DNA of 63,992 nucleotides, the filler included, from Octopus bimaculoides (taxonomy: Eukaryota), in NCBI RefSeq assembly GCF_001194135.2. It is 5 parts of 5 records of this genome, joined end to end, with 100 filler letters (N's around TTAATTAATTAA, not from the genome) between each part and the next. Parts side by side here need not be neighbours in the genome. Positions count along the whole stretch, not along the records: positions 62,109 to 63,992 come from NW_026404478.1; 4 more parts are not named here. One strand, written 5' to 3'. The notes below the pieces were generated by a model. The model did not search any database and had not been told where the DNA came from. It saw only the letters and a program-made list of their open reading frames with translations. Made by a program: the position numbers and the translations under genes. Below, piece by piece: positions 63,384 through 63,992 of the stretch. The number at the start of each line of letters is the position of its first letter. Position 1 is the stretch's first letter.

Positions 63384-63944
63384 TTGCTGTTGTTTATAAT
63401 AATATAACTATTATTTCTGAGGAAGAAATAACCAATTGAAACTGATCTACAATCATTGCTTGACAATGTTGAAATGCAAAGTTGACCATGAGATTTGTAC
63501 TTAAAAATAGATGTAACTAAAATGCCTCACCATTTTGTTGCTGCTCCACCAATTTCTGCCAATTTACCACCCACACAATGAGAACGATAGAATATATTTA
63601 AAAAGAAGAAAAAAAAAACAAAACAAAATATGATAGGAATGATTGTTGGTGAGGTATGTTTTTACTTTTCTTAAAATTTCAGCCACTGTTTACAACAGGT
63701 AAAAAAAAACAAAAAAAAACGAAAAAACAAAAGGATGAATTTTTTAGAAAGAAAAAAAACAAACAAAAAAACATATTTCTGAAGCTGATGTGTTCTGAAA
63801 GTATGAGGGGGCAGAAAAAAAAAAGTAATGGCTGTGGAGTGATGGGAAACGGGATTGGGGGAAGAAAGGGAGAACATAAAATAGTTTCTATTTAAAATTT
63901 CTCTGGGGGAGGAAAAAGAAGTATTAAAATTTTATTTTACATAC

Positions 63945-63987
<43 letters not shown>

Positions 63988-63992
63988 GCGAT

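Overview
Repeat-dominated eukaryotic genomic DNA, AT-rich and microsatellite-saturated, with many N gaps. The SINE families and microsatellite load point to a coleoid cephalopod, most likely Octopus (inference from recognised repeat families, no search run). Four artificial N44-TTAATTAATTAA-N44 linkers split the window into five separately assembled pieces (1-30861, 30962-50041, 50142-59100, 59201-62008, 62109-63992), so adjacency across them is unproven. Nearly all ORF-track entries are translations of microsatellites, gaps or a satellite. Supported content: decayed Penelope-like elements (RT, GIY-YIG), R4/Dong-type RLE LINE 3' ends in (TAA)n, CR1, RTE and Tx1-like LINE fragments, at least four tRNA-derived SINE families, a 472-bp fully palindromic TA-flanked MITE, and a CpG-rich 51-bp satellite with higher-order structure. 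A few short candidate host exons are present (minus strand 1-161 and 12285-12395; plus strand 27641-27684) but no gene could be named. The most notable hidden signal is a set of about eight hammerhead-ribozyme-like motifs: a tandem pair at an exact 341-nt period followed by a third motif 349 nt later, a head-to-head inverted pair that forms a hairpin, and a recurring variant with an extra A. All are degenerate, and activity is untested.
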